From Squalus acanthias (lineage: Eukaryota), in NCBI GenBank assembly GCA_030390025.1, contig CM059433.1, positions 11,658,001 through 11,722,000 on the forward strand: a DNA stretch of 64,000 nucleotides, read 5' to 3'. Both the position numbers and the translations under genes were made by a program. Below are positions 22,605 through 34,980 of this stretch, piece by piece (positions within the stretch are counted from its first letter, which is position 1; the number at the start of each line of letters is the position of its first letter). The notes below the pieces were generated by a model that was not told the DNA's origin, did no database searches, and saw nothing but the letters and a program-made list of their open reading frames with translations.

Positions 22605-24518
22605 AATATATTTAGAGAATAGTTATTAGTCCAGTGTGCAGGTTTCAGTTTATGGGGAACTAGATGTGCTAGAACTAGAAACCTATGGCTGAAAATTCAC
22701 GACCCTTTGGCCGGGATAGTGATATGCTGGGTCATTGCCTTACACCAGGGATTCCAGAGGGCCTGGTGAAGGGTAGAGCTTCCGGCTACTCAAATAAGTC
22801 CAGCGACACTGGAGGGGGTGGGACAGGGATTTCCAGGGCTGAGATCCGTTGAGTGCAAAACCAATGGTCAGTATGCAAAGTCAAACCAGCCATCCAACTG
22901 GTGGTTCTGGGACATGGCTTGGATTCTGAAAAAAATTCGAATTATTTTAGCTTCTTTATTAAGGGGACTGATGGGCAGGTAAAAGCATTTTTTCCTGGGG
23001 ACGAAATGGTTGGGGGGGAGAAATGGTTGCCGGGGCCCCCCCCCCCACCCCTTTACTAAAAGCAAGGCAGACTTCTGCCGGGATTTTCGGCCTGCTGGAG
23101 AAGCACAATACACTGCCCGAGCGATTCAGGTACACGCCAAGGCCGTGTAAATGGAGGGATCTCCCCCTGATTCTGTGAATGTTGGCGAGGTCAGCCCTGT
23201 GGGTCTGCGGGCGGGTACGCCCCAACACTTACGATGCCGCCAACGCAGATATTTGGCCCTCTTTGTCTTTGATTGTTTGCACAAATTAAAGCTGTTGGGA
23301 GAAAATCTGAACTGTAATACCTTGTTCCATCCCAGAAATGGAAATTGACCATCTTCTTCTAGTTACTTTCGGAGGAAGAGGAGAACGTTGCACAGAAGAA
23401 GTTAGGTCGGAGGTCAGGTCACCATGGGCAAGAAATCTAATGAACCAACACTGTCATGCCTCAGTTTCGGCAGGTTTTTGGTTTTCCCACAGGAAGACTG
23501 GATAACTGAAAGCCACACCAGTTGACCGGGAATAAAAACCGTCATGCAAAATGTAACAAGAATTCTCAAACAACAGTTTCCAAACCTCATTTATTGCTTT
23601 GTTGTGAATGACATTTGCATATTTAATCTAACAGAGAATCCAGCACAGAACGATCTGAGAGACTTAATTGATCTGTAAATTCATGTGACTTATTACTAAC
23701 ATAACGCTATTCACAAATTAAACATATCTAAAGGCGGTATAATTCAGATCAGTCCTGACATAAACATTGCTTGGCAAGGAAGTGTTCAGTGCTAACTAAG
23801 AGGCTTTGTTTTTGTCTGCACCTTTGCAACCCCCTAAGACACTGGAGTATATAACAAAAGCCTTCTCATTATTTATAAAGTTCATTAAACTGTGACAAAG
23901 AAGAATGTTACACTGATTAGATATTTGAAAGTTATTACTTTATTCTTCTCAGTGCAATCATCAATTTAATTCATCTCCTGAGACTGTAATTTTCTTGCAA
24001 ATGCAATTATATTTTACAGTTAGCCTGCTGATTAGGCCAAAAAAACCAGAAATAATCAATCAGAAAATTACAAAAAAAAGAACTAATCACCAACATACAG
24101 AGTGAAAATGATATCCTCATCTGTTATACAATAATGAAATGTTACCAACAAATATATTAGTCAAGATGCACCAGGAGTGCATAAACTGTGTTTGATTTTA
24201 AGAAAATTAATACTTTAAAATAATCATTTTAATAAGCGTCTGAAAGCTGCAGCTTCATCTAAAAGCATATTGATAGATTTACAGGATGATTGCCCACCAG
24301 TGCTGAAGATGTCTCTTCAAGATGTTGTTTCGTTTTTCCTTCAAAGACTTCTTTTTAGAATGTTAAACCCTACAAGTAAAGAAAGCAAGGACCATTATGG
24401 GAAACTAGTTCTCGACCATTAGAACCCACTATTGCACCTGGTTACATATCGACAATCCAGGTGACACTGCAGGTCTGTTGCTGAATAACTTGTGCCAGTG
24501 GAAGTAATTAGATCCTTG

Positions 24519-25407
24519 GGGGGGAAAATTCAGTTGGTTGCGCCTCCCGTTAGCGCCTTAAGAGGGCGCTAATGGGGCGCAAAGCAACCAGCGCCCGGGC
24601 GCGGCGATGTTTGCGCCGCTCGCGAAATTAACTAGACATTTTGCGGCAGCGCTAAACACTACCACCACGATCTTCTGCGCCGGCAGATCGTGACGTCAGT
24701 CGAGTGCGCAACGCCCCGGTAGCGCCCCGGAGCGGATATTGAGTGGCGCCCCCTGCCTTACCGCCTGCCGCTAGCAACGACAGGTTGAGGGGAGCGTTTT
24801 GCAGTCAGGAAGGGACTGGGGGAGCGCTATTTAAAGGCGACCGTTTCCTGCCTTTTATTGTTGGTGACATTTTTGAACCACGCATTCTGAGAGAGAGAGA
24901 GACGTCTGGAGAGATTCAACGCTGTGTGAAGGAGTTTTGGGCACTGAGCAGCACTTTGCAGGTTCATTTTGATTTGCCCTTCCTTGTATCGATTTAGAAG
25001 AGACTGTGGGGGCTACACTCTGAGCTCTTTCCCTGGTTCTCTCCATTGTTCTTTCCAGCAGATTTGATGTACAGGTCTCTCCAGGCCGAGATTCAAGGCT
25101 GCAATGAGCAGGATGTGGATGGAAAGCAAGATCAACCCTCCCCTTTAAGAACTGGCTGGCGCCATTGTGTGTGTGTTCCATTGCTGACTGACATCACATG
25201 AGCTTCGCCAGCGCTCTGAGGTAGCGCCTCGCTCCTCGGCCTTTGCGCCTTAAGACAGGTGTGAAGCGCCTGATTTAGCGCTCCAATCACCTCCAGGGGC
25301 AATAAAAGTCAAGTTTGCAGTCGGAGGCGATAATTAGTGCCAGGCGCTAATCTTTGCGCCCGGCCGATAATTGCACCCCAAACGGGGCGATACCGAATTT
25401 CTCCCCC
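24519..25407. mobile_element. Non-autonomous derivative of the Harbinger family at 55696 (889 bp)
   Basis: TIR GGGGGGAAAATTC...GAATTTCTCCCCC; TSD TTG/TTG; arms match the reverse complement of 59867-59400 and 56100-55696. Confidence 0.92.
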
Positions 25408-25669
25408 TTGGTATCCTGGACTGCTCCAGTAATGTTGCATGTTCCTGGGATCATATGCATTTCCACTGGGCAAACGTGGATATGTGGTCGATGACATTTC
25501 AGTGAGCACATCATTGCAGCAGTGTAATATTTCCTGCCTTGCCAGTGTAGAAAAATTAGGACATTGAAAATTACATCTGCTCACTTTAAAAGCTAAAAAG
25601 GCAACTCATTAGTCTACAAGGATCATAACTCATTTCTCCGCTCCCAGTTGACATTCTCTTTGGCAACCT

Positions 25670-25814
25670 GGGTGTAATTTAAACTATGGGCGATATCGGA
25701 TTAGCCGACCAATATACACCAATTTCCACTGACTTCAATCGGGCAAGATATATAACGGGCGGCTGATCTGATAGCGCCTGTTTTATACTGTCGCCCAAAG
25801 TCAAAATTACCCCC
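25670..25814. mobile_element. Short Harbinger-type MITE
   Basis: 24-bp imperfect TIR GGGTGTAATTTAAACTATGGGCGA and TCGCCCAAAGTCAAAATTACCCCC; TSD unclear. Confidence 0.65.
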
Positions 25815-26553
25815 GCACCTCCCCCGTTGTTTGCAAGTTCAGTGGAGTATGTCTTTTAAACAAATGTTTAAATTTACCATGATGCTTTCGTAAGAAACTG
25901 AGGCTTGTAACGATGGTCTAGAAATTGGGCGTGCAGTTTATGGGGGCGCAGGGCTGATGGGAGCGGAGTGGGTGGGGCTCAGGGATCGGTCCCTGTGCCT
26001 GAAAGCTGAGGCAGGAGGTGCCCCTGATGTTGGGCCTTGGGCCTCATTTACATCGAGGCAGCTCGGGGGGGTAAAGCGCGATCGATGATCGGGCCTCTGC
26101 AACACCCTCAGGTTAGCAAGGAAGGGAGGGGGACCATAAAAGGGAGGGGGGGGGGTTGGGTGACCAGTTCAGGAGGTTGAGCCGACGATTGGCCGGGGGG
26201 GGGGGGGGGGTGGTGGAACAGCGGTGCTCGGCGAGGGGTGGGGAAGTTATGCCGATAATGGGCGAGGGGTAGGGTCCCCCACCCCTCCCGGAATGACCAG
26301 GAGTTTGCTGGAATCGGGAGTTCCTCCAGCAGCCGGAGAGACCAGAGATTTGAATTTCCTGCTGCAGTGAGCCCCTTCCATCTGTGACATCACCCACAGG
26401 GAGCCGATACCGCATGTAGAGCAGTCGGGAGGAGTCCGCAGAATCAGGAATCGGGAGGGCTTGGGAATCGCGGGTGTCGACAATCCCGCCTCAGCAATCA
26501 GGGAGTCTCGGTGTGACTCACATGGTCAACTCACTTGTGTTTATGGGACTTGT

Positions 26554-27005
26554 AAAAGAAAAACTTGAATTTATATAGCGCCTTTCACAACCTTAGGCCC
26601 TCCTAAAGCGCTTTACTGCCAATGAAGTACTTTTGAAGTGGAGTCACTGTTGTAACGTGGCAGTCAATTTGTGCACAGCAAGCTCCCACAAACAGCAATG
26701 TGATAATGACCAGCAAATCAGTTTTTGTGATGTTGATTGAGGGTAAATATTGGCCATGACACCAGGGATAACTCCCCTGCTCGTCTTCAAAATAATGACA
26801 TGGGATCCTTTACGTCCACCTGAGAGAGTAGATGGGGCCTTGGTTTAACGTCTCATCTGAAAGACGGCACCTCCAACAGTGCGGCACTCCCTCAGCACTG
26901 CACTGCTCAGCCTAGATTTTGTGCTCAAGTCCCTGGAGTGGGACTAGAACTCACAACCTTCTGACTCAGAGGTGAGAGTGCTACCCACTGAGCCACAGCA
27001 GACAC
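26554..27005 (-). mobile_element. tRNA-derived SINE with L2-like tail (SacSINE1/DeuSINE-like)
   Basis: Minus 5' head has A box TGGCTCAGTGG and B-box-like GAGTTCTAGTCC; 3' tail AAAGGCGCTATATAAAT matches the L2 tail at 11330. Confidence 0.8.
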
Positions 27006-27011
27006 TTTAAA

Positions 27012-27609
27012 CACCTCCGTTCAGTCCGTAAGGGGGACCCCGAGCTTCCGGTCGCTTGTCACTTTAATTCTCCGCTCCACTCCCACTCAGACCTCACCAT
27101 CCTCGGCCTCTTACACTGTTCCAATGAAGCTCAACATAAGCTCGAGGAACAGCACCTCATCTTTCGATTAGACACTTTACAGCCTTCTGGACTCAACATA
27201 GAGTTCAACAATTTCAGATCATAACCTCGGCCACTATCATATATATTTTTTTCCACACTTTGTTTCTTCTCTCCCACATGGCAGCTGTCTTTCATTCTGC
27301 CAGCGCAATTTACACTTCATCTCGAGCCATCCTTTGTTCCTTAACCTGTCCCATTACCATCTCCTTTTGCCTTGAATATCTCTCAATGTCTCTTAATCTC
27401 TCCCGCCTTCTATCCTATCACAGACCTTCCCTTTTGTTCTTTCATCCCCTCCCCCCTTTCCCAGCTCCTACACTTGCTTAAAAATCTGTTCCATTTCCTG
27501 CTTTTTTCCAGTTCTGACGAAGGGTCATCGACCTGAAACGTTAACTCTGTTTCTCTCTCTGCACGGATGCTGCCTGACCTGCTGAGTATCTCCAGCATTT
27601 TCTGTTTTT
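27012..27609 (+). mobile_element. Penelope-like 3' fragment with pLTR
   Basis: Matches ~16875-17450; hammerhead motif at 27510-27546; flanked by ACTTTAAA repeats. Confidence 0.85.
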
Positions 27610-27934
27610 ACTTTAAAGCCGACTCGCGCTAAAGCAATGTTATTATTATAGAGCTGTGATCAGAGGCAAGAGGAAGAGCAGGCTGTCATGTGTGGATTAA
27701 ATCACTGAGATTTGGACATCAGGCTCTGCTCCCCAAACTCTCTTATTGGGTCAGGTTGGCAACTGTCAGCTTTTGGACCGGACATTCTGGTTTTGGTGAG
27801 CACTGCATGGAATTGTCTAAAATGTAAATCAGTCACCAACAGGGTCATCTCTTGATATGTTATCCTGATATGCCCCTGGTGTCACTCTGGGCTCTGAAAT
27901 GAGATGGGGGGCCTCTCTGGAATGGGGAGGTTCC

Positions 27935-30900
27935 TCAGTTTTCCCCTCTTTCCCCTCCCTCAGTTTCCCCTCTCCCCCGCCCTCGGTTTCCCCTGTTCCT
28001 CGCCCTCGGTTTCCCCTCTTCCCCGCCCTCGGTTTCCCCTCTTCCTCGCCCTCGGTTTCCCCTCTTTCCCCGCCCTCGGTTTCCCCTCTTCCATGCCCTC
28101 GGTTTCCCCACTTTCCCCGCCCTCGGTTTCCCCTCTTTCCCCGCCCTCGGTTTCCCCTCTTCCTCGCCCTCGGTTTCCCCTCTTCCCCACCCTCGGTTTC
28201 CCCACCCTCGGTTTCCCCTCTTCCCGCCCTCGGCTTCCCCTCTTCCCCACCCTCGGTTTCCCCTCTTCCCCCTCCCTCGGTTTCCCCTCTTTCCCCACCC
28301 TCGGTTTCCCCTCTTTCCCCACCCTCGGTTTCCCCTCTTCCCCCTCCCTCGGTTTCCCCTCTTTCCCCACCCTCGGTTTCCCCTCTTTCCCCACCCTCGG
28401 TTTCCCCTCTTCCCCCTCCCTCGGTTTCCCCTCTTTCCCCCCCTCGGTTTCCCCTCTTCCCCCTCCCTCGGTTTCCCCTCTTCCCCCTCCCTCGGTTTCC
28501 CCTCTTTCCCCACCCTCGGTTTCCCCTCTTCCCCCTCCCTCGGTTTCCCCTCTTTCCCCACCCTCGGTTTCCCCTCTTTCCCCTCCCTCGGTTTCCCCTC
28601 TTTCCCCTCCCTCGGTTTCCCCTCTTCCCCCACCCTCGGTTTCCCCTCTTCCCCCACCCTCGGTTTCCCCTCTTCCTCGCCCTCGGTTTCCCCTCTTCCC
28701 CGCCCTCGGTTTCCCCTCTTCCCCTCCCTCGGTTTCCCCTCTTTCCCCACCCTCGGTTTCCCCTCTTTCCCCACCCTCGGTTTCCCCTCTTCCCCCTCCC
28801 TCGGTTTCCCCTCTTTCCCCACCCTCGGTTTCCCCTCTTCCCCCTCCCTCGGTTTCCCCTCTTTCCCCACCCTCGGTTTCCCCTCTTCCCCCTCCCTCGG
28901 TTTCCCCTCTTCCCCTCCCTCGGTTTCCCCTCTTTCCCCCCCCCCCTCAATTTCCCCTCTTCCCCTTCCCTCGGTTTCCCCTCTTTCCCCGCCATCGGTT
29001 TCCCCTCTTCCCCCTCCCTCAGTTTCCCCTCTTTCCCCGCCCTCGGTTTCCCCTCTTTCCCGCCCTCGGTTTCCCCTCTTCCTCCTCCCTCGGTTTCCCC
29101 TCTTTCCCCACCCTCGGTTTCCCCTCTTTCCCCCACTCGGTTTCCCCTCTTTCCCCACCCTCGGTTTCCCCTCTTCCCCCTCCCTCGGTTTCTCCTCTTT
29201 CCCCGCCCTCGGTTTCCCCTCTTCCCCCTCCCTCGGTTTCCCCACTTCCCCCTCCCTCGGTTTCTCCTCTTTCCCCGCCCTCGGTTTCACCTCTTCCTCG
29301 CCCTCGGTTTCCCCTCTTCCCCGCCCTCGGTTTCACCTCTTCCTCGCCCTCGGTTTCCCCTCTTCCTCGCCCTCGGTTTCCCCTCTTTCCTCGCCCTCGG
29401 TTTCCCCTCTTTCCCCGCCCTCGGTTTCCCCTCTTTCCCCTCCCTCGGTTTCCCCTCTTCCTCACCCTTGGTTTCCCCTCTTTCCCCTCCCTCGGTTTCC
29501 CCTCGTTCCCCTCCCTTGGTTTCTCCTCTTTCCCCTCCCTCGGTTTCCCCTCTTTCCCCGCCCTCGGTTTCCCCTCTTCCTCGCCCTCGGTTTCCCCTCT
29601 TCCCCACCCTCGGTTTCCCCACCCTCGGTTTCCCCTCTTCCCGCCCTCGGCTTCCCCTCTTCCCCACCCTCGGTTTCCCCTCTTCCCCCTCCCTCGGTTT
29701 CCCCTCTTTCCCCACCCTCGGTTTCCCCTCTTTCCCCACCCTCGGTTTCCCCTCTTCCCCCTCCCTCGGTTTCCCCTCTTTCCCCACCCTCGGTTTCCCC
29801 TCTTTCCCCACCCTCGGTTTCCCCTCTTCCCCCTCCCTCGGTTTCCCCTCTTTCCCCCCCTCGGTTTCCCCTCTTCCCCCTCCCTCGGTTTCCCCTCTTC
29901 CCCCTCCCTCGGTTTCCCCTCTTTCCCCACCCTCGGTTTCCCCTCTTCCCCCTCCCTCGGTTTCCCCTCTTTCCCCACCCTCGGTTTCCCCTCTTTCCCC
30001 ACCCTCGGTTTCCCCTCTTTCCCCTCCCTCGGTTTCCCCTCTTCCCCCACCCTCGGTTTCCCCTCTTCCCCCACCCTCGGTTTCCCCTCTTCCTCGCCCT
30101 TGCTTTCCCCTCTTCCCCGCCCTCGGTTTCCCCTCTTCCCCTCCCTCGGTTTCCCCTCTTTCCCCACCCTCGGTTTCCCCTCTTTCCCCACCCTCGGTTT
30201 CCCCTCTTCCCCCTCCCTCGGTTTCCCCTCTTTCCCCACCCTCGGTTTCCCCTCTTCCCCCTCCCTCGGTTTCCCCTCTTTCCCCACCCTCGGTTTCCCC
30301 TCTTCCCCCTCCCTCGGTTTCCCCTCTTCCCCCTCCCTCGGTTTCCCCTCTTTCCCCCCCCCTCAATTTCCCCTCTTCCCCTTCCCTCGGTTTCCCCTCT
30401 TTCCCCGCCATCGGTTTCCCCTCTTCCCCCTCCCTCAGTTTCCCCTCTTTCCCCGCCCTCGGTTTCCCCTCTTTCCCGCCCTCGGTTTCCCCTCTTCCTC
30501 CTCCCTCGGTTTCCCCTCTTTCCCCACCCTCGGTTTCCCCTCTTTCCCCCACTCGGTTTCCCCTCTTTCCCCACCCTCGGTTTCCCCTCTTCCCCCTCCC
30601 TCGGTTTCTCCTCTTTCCCCGCCCTCGGTTTCCCCTCTTCCCCCTCCCTCGGTTTCCCCACTTCCCCCTCCCTCGGTTTCTCCTCTTTCCTCGCCCTCGG
30701 TTTCCCCTCTTCCCCGCCCTCGGTTTCACCTCTTCCTCGCCCTCGGTTTCCCCTCTTCCTCGCCCTCGGTTTCCCCTCTTTCCTCGCCCTCGGTTTCCCC
30801 TCTTTCCCCGCCCTCGGTTTCCCCTCTTTCCCCTCCCTCGGTTTCCCCTCTTCCTCACCCTTGGTTTCCCCTCTTTCCCCTCCCTCGGTTTCCCCTCGTT

Positions 30901-31300
30901 CCCCTCCCTTGGTTTCTCCTCTTTCCCCTCCCTCGGTTTCCCCTCTTCATCTCCCTCGGTTTCCCCTCTTTCCCCTCCCTCGGTTTCTCCTCTTTCCCCT
31001 CCCTCGGTTTCCCCTCTTCCTCGCCCTCGGTTTCCCCTCTTTCCCCGCCCTTGGTTTCTCCTCTTCCTCACCCTCAGATTCTCCTCTTCCTCACCCTCGG
31101 TTTCTCCTCTTCCTCTCCCTCGGTTTCCCCTGTTTCCCCTCGCTCGGTTTTTCCTCTTCCTCACCCTCGGATTCTCCTCTTCCTCGCCCTCGGATTCTCC
31201 TCTTCCTCGCCCTCGGTTTCTCCTCTTCCTCGCCCTCGGTTTCCCCTCTTCCTCGCCCTTGGTTTCCCCTCTTTACCCGCCCTCGGTTTCCCCTCCTCCC
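27935..31300. repeat. Polypyrimidine minisatellite, ~20-21-bp unit (CCCTCGGTTTCCCCTCTTTCCCC-like), with higher-order duplication
   Basis: Directly visible tandem array; rare variants recur about 1417 bp apart. Confidence 0.97.
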
Positions 31301-31845
31301 CTGCTCACAGGTAGTCTCCTGGTTCTTGGAACTTGTCGCAAAAACAGCTGCTGGTGCGAAATCGCGAACAGAAATACTCAACTGCAGGGGAGCCAACCTT
31401 TATAAGGTAAATGCAATAACATCTGCAGATGTCACGTGATCAGGCATTACATGGTTGAATGTCATCTGATCAGAATGTCACCTGATCAAAACCTCCAGGA
31501 ATGCCTCCAACCTGAGTTGGCAACCTTAGGGGGTGGGGATGGGGGGGGGGGGGTGGTGGGTGGTAGTGGCAGCCCGCGTTCTTTGGATGTTGGGTGGCAC
31601 CGACTGACTCAGGGCAAACCAATCTTGTAGTGGGGGCCTTAAACAGGTGTTAGAATGCCTATTTACTTATGCACAGGACCTAACGTCTGTTTAAGGTGTG
31701 GCACTGCACCACGATTTTTTGCCCTTTACCAATATGGCGGGCAGCACACTTCCAGCTGGTACTGAGTGTGCACTTCCTGCCTGCCATATTGGAAGCTTAG
31801 GGGGCCATCTAGTGCCCGGAAAACAGGCACTCTGTGATTTCTAGA

Positions 31846-33068
31846 AGAGCGAGGATGTCCTGGAGGGTTCAAGGACAGAATCTATTTGGTTAGAGTTGAG
31901 AAACAATAGAGGTGCCATTACACTACTAGGTGTATTCTATAGGCTGCCAACTAGTGGGAAGGATATAGAGGAGCAAATTTGCATGGAAATTACAGAGAGG
32001 TGCAAGAACTATAGTGTAGTGATAATGGGGGACTTCAACTATCCTAATATAGACTGGGATAGTAATAGTGTAAAGGGCAGAGAGGGGGAAGAATTTCTGA
32101 AGTGTGTTCAGGAGAACTTTCTTGATCAGTACATTTCCGGTCCAACGAGGAAGGAGGCATTGCTGGATCTGGTTCTGGGGAATGAGGTGGGTCAAGTAGA
32201 GCAAGTGTCAGTAGGGGAACATTTAGGGAACAGTGATCACAGTATCATAATGTTTAGACTAGCTATGAAAAAGGACAGGGGGCAATCTAGAGTAAAAATA
32301 CTTAATTGGAGAAAAACCAATTTCAGTGGGTTGAGAATGGATGTGGCCTGGGTAAATTGGAATCAAAGTTTGGCAGGCAAAGCTGTAATCGAATAATGGG
32401 CTGCCTTTAAAGAGGAGATGGTTCGGGTAGAGTCGAGATACATTCCCACGAGGGGGAAAGGTAGGGCAACCAAAGTCAGAGGATGACGAAAGAGATAGAG
32501 AGTAAGATGAAGCAGAAAAAGGGGGCGTATGACAGATGTCAGGTTGAGAATACAAGTGAGAACCAGGTTGAATATAGAAAGCTCAGAGGGGAAGTGAAAA
32601 AGGAAATAAGAGGGGCAAAGAGAGAGTATGAGAATAGATTGGCAGCTAACATAAAAGGGAATCCAAAAGTCTTCTATAGGCATATAAATAGTCAACGGGT
32701 AGTAAGAGGAGGGTGGGGCTGATTAGGGACCAAAATGGAGACCTACAAATGGAGGCAGAGGGCATGGCTGAGGTACTAAATGAGTACTTTGCATCTGTCT
32801 TTACCAAGGAAGAAGATGCTGCCAAAGTCAAAGTGAAAGAGGGGATAGTTGAGATACTGGATGGGATAAAAATTGATAAGGAGTAGGTACTAGAAAGGCT
32901 GGCTGTACTTAATGTAGATAAGTCACCAGGACCGGAGGGGTTGCATCCTAGGATGCTGAGGGAAGTAAAGGTGGAAATTGCGGAGGTACTGGCCATAATC
33001 TTCCAATCCTCCTTGGATACGGGGCTGGTGCCAGAGGACTGGAGAATTGCAAATGTTACACCCTTGTT
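31846..33068 (+). mobile_element. CR1 LINE internal fragment (APE end and linker)
   Basis: MGDFNYPNIDW, LLDLVL, GNSDH, NEYFASVFT, KSPGP motifs with stops. Confidence 0.88.
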
Positions 33069-33552
33069 ATGTAAGCAGGTAGCTCAGTGCAGTTAGAAGA
33101 TCAATCTCCTTATGTATGGTGGGCCCTCAATGTCTTCATCTGTGCCCTGTGCAGCAGGACTAGGACGTAAGCTCTCCCTCAGGGGAGCTGCTTCCTGGGT
33201 CACCTTATCCCCTTCCTCCTGTGCACTCGTGCTCAGTGCATCGCCATGTGCAGGCCCCTCTAGCCTGCTCTCTGTACTACGCTCGGTGTCAGTCTCTGAG
33301 TTGGTGTCTGTAATTGTAAGGTGAAGTGACAGCTCATGTTCTACAGTGCTGCCCTCTTCTTCTTCTTCTTCTGCTCACTGGGGACTGAGTGAAACTTCTA
33401 CACCTGACATTAAAGAAAGGGACAAGTGTTAGCCTTTGGTGGCATGGGTAAGCAGACACAGATGAGTGGCTTCTGAAAGCAGCAGCAATGTTATCATGAC
33501 ACATGTATGGGTAGGATTAATGTAAAAAGGGAAAGAGGGGAAGATGGTTCTT

Positions 33553-34694
33553 AAACAAAATTAGGGCTCATGGGATTGGGGGCAATATACCAGCATGGAT
33601 TGAGGATTGGTTAACGGACAGAAAACAGAGAGTAGGAATAAACGGGTCATATTCGGGTTCGCAGGCTGTAACTAGCGGGGTACCGCAAGGATCAGTGCTT
33701 GGGCCTCAGCTATTCACAATCTACATCAATGATTTGGATGAGGGTTCCAAATGTAATATATCCAAGTTTGCTGATGATACAAAGCTGGGTGGAAATGTAA
33801 GTTGTGAGGAGGATGCAAGGAGGCTTCAAGGGGATATAGACAGGATAAGTGAGTAGGCAAGAACATGGCAAATCGAATATAATGTGGAGAAATGTGAAGT
33901 TATCCACTTTGGTAGGAAAAATAGAAAAGCAGAGTATTTTTTAAATGGTGAGAGATTGGGAAATGTTGGTGTTCAGAGGGACCTGGGTGTTCTTGTACAC
34001 GAATCACTGTAAGTTAACGTGCAGGTACAGCAAGCAATTAGGAAAGCAAATGGTATGTTGGCCTTTATTACAAGAGGATTTGAGTATGAGTAAAGACGTC
34101 TTACTGCAATTATATAGGGCCCTGGTGAGACCACACCTGGAGTACTGTGTACAGTTTTGGTCTCCTTACCTAAGAAAGGATATACTTGCCATAGAGGGAG
34201 TGCAACGAAGGTTCACCAGACTGGTTCCTGGGATGGGGGGATTGTCCTATGAGGAGAGATTGAGTAGACTAGGCCTATATTCTCTAGAGTTTAGAAGAAT
34301 GAGAGATGATCTCATTGAAACATACAAAATTCTTACAGGGCTTGACAGGGTAGATGCAGGGAGGATGTTTCCCCTGGCTGGGGAGTCTAGAACCAGGGGT
34401 CACAGTCTCAGAATAAGGGGTCGGCCATTTAGGACTAGATGAGGAGAAATTTCTTCACTCAGAGGGTGATGAATCCTTGGCATTCTCTACCCCAGAGGGC
34501 TGTGGAGGCTCAGTCATTGAGTATATTCAAGACAGAGATCGCTAGATTTTTGGATATTAAGGGAATCAAGGGATATGGGGATAGTGCAGGAAAGTGGAGT
34601 TGAGGTAGAAGATCAGCCATGATCTTATTGAATGGCGGAGCAGGCTCAAAGGGCCAAATGGCCGACTCCTGCCCCTATTTCTTATGTTCTTATG
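33553..34694 (+). mobile_element. CR1 (HER1-like) RT and 3' end
   Basis: [28 protein letters not shown]; tail TTCTTATGTTCTTATG. Confidence 0.9.
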
Positions 34695-34695
34695 A

Positions 34696-34980
34696 CTGGG
34701 GGTCGGGAGATTGGGGGCTCGGGGGAGAGAGAGAGACTAGAGAATGGGGATTGGGAGATTGGGGCTCGGGCAGGGGAAGAGTGGGAGACTGAGACTGGGG
34801 TGTCAGGAGATTGAGGCTCGGGCAGGGGGAGAGTCGGAGACTGGGACTGGGGGTTGTGAGATTGGGGGCTCGGGGGAGAGAGGGAGACTAGAAACTGGGG
34901 ATTGAGAGATTGGGAGATTGGGCTCGGGAATGGAGAGACTGGGAGACTGTGACTGTGGGTCAGGAGATTGGGGCTCAGAC
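34696..34980. repeat. G/A-rich degenerate tandem repeat
   Basis: Recurrent GAGATTGGGGGCTCGGG and GAGACTG units. Confidence 0.6.

Noticed and set aside
20860..23260. Further GC-rich MITE-like segments (also ~3890-4460, ~17884-18130, ~25915-26500, ~35760-36301, ~45157-45640, ~63480-63926)
   Set aside because: Probably Harbinger-derived, but paired TIRs and TSDs could not be verified, so they are not listed as features.
26925..27005. tRNA gene on the minus strand
   Set aside because: It is the A/B-box head of a SINE; no complete cloverleaf is evident.
27935..31300. CRISPR-like array
   Set aside because: No unique spacers, contiguous degenerate units, eukaryotic context and no cas genes.
27829..31439. 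Very long Pro-rich and Gly/Arg/Glu-rich ORFs (up to 1168 aa) on both strands
   Set aside because: Artefact of a stop-poor minisatellite; nearly all frames are open and the repeat phase shifts between frames.
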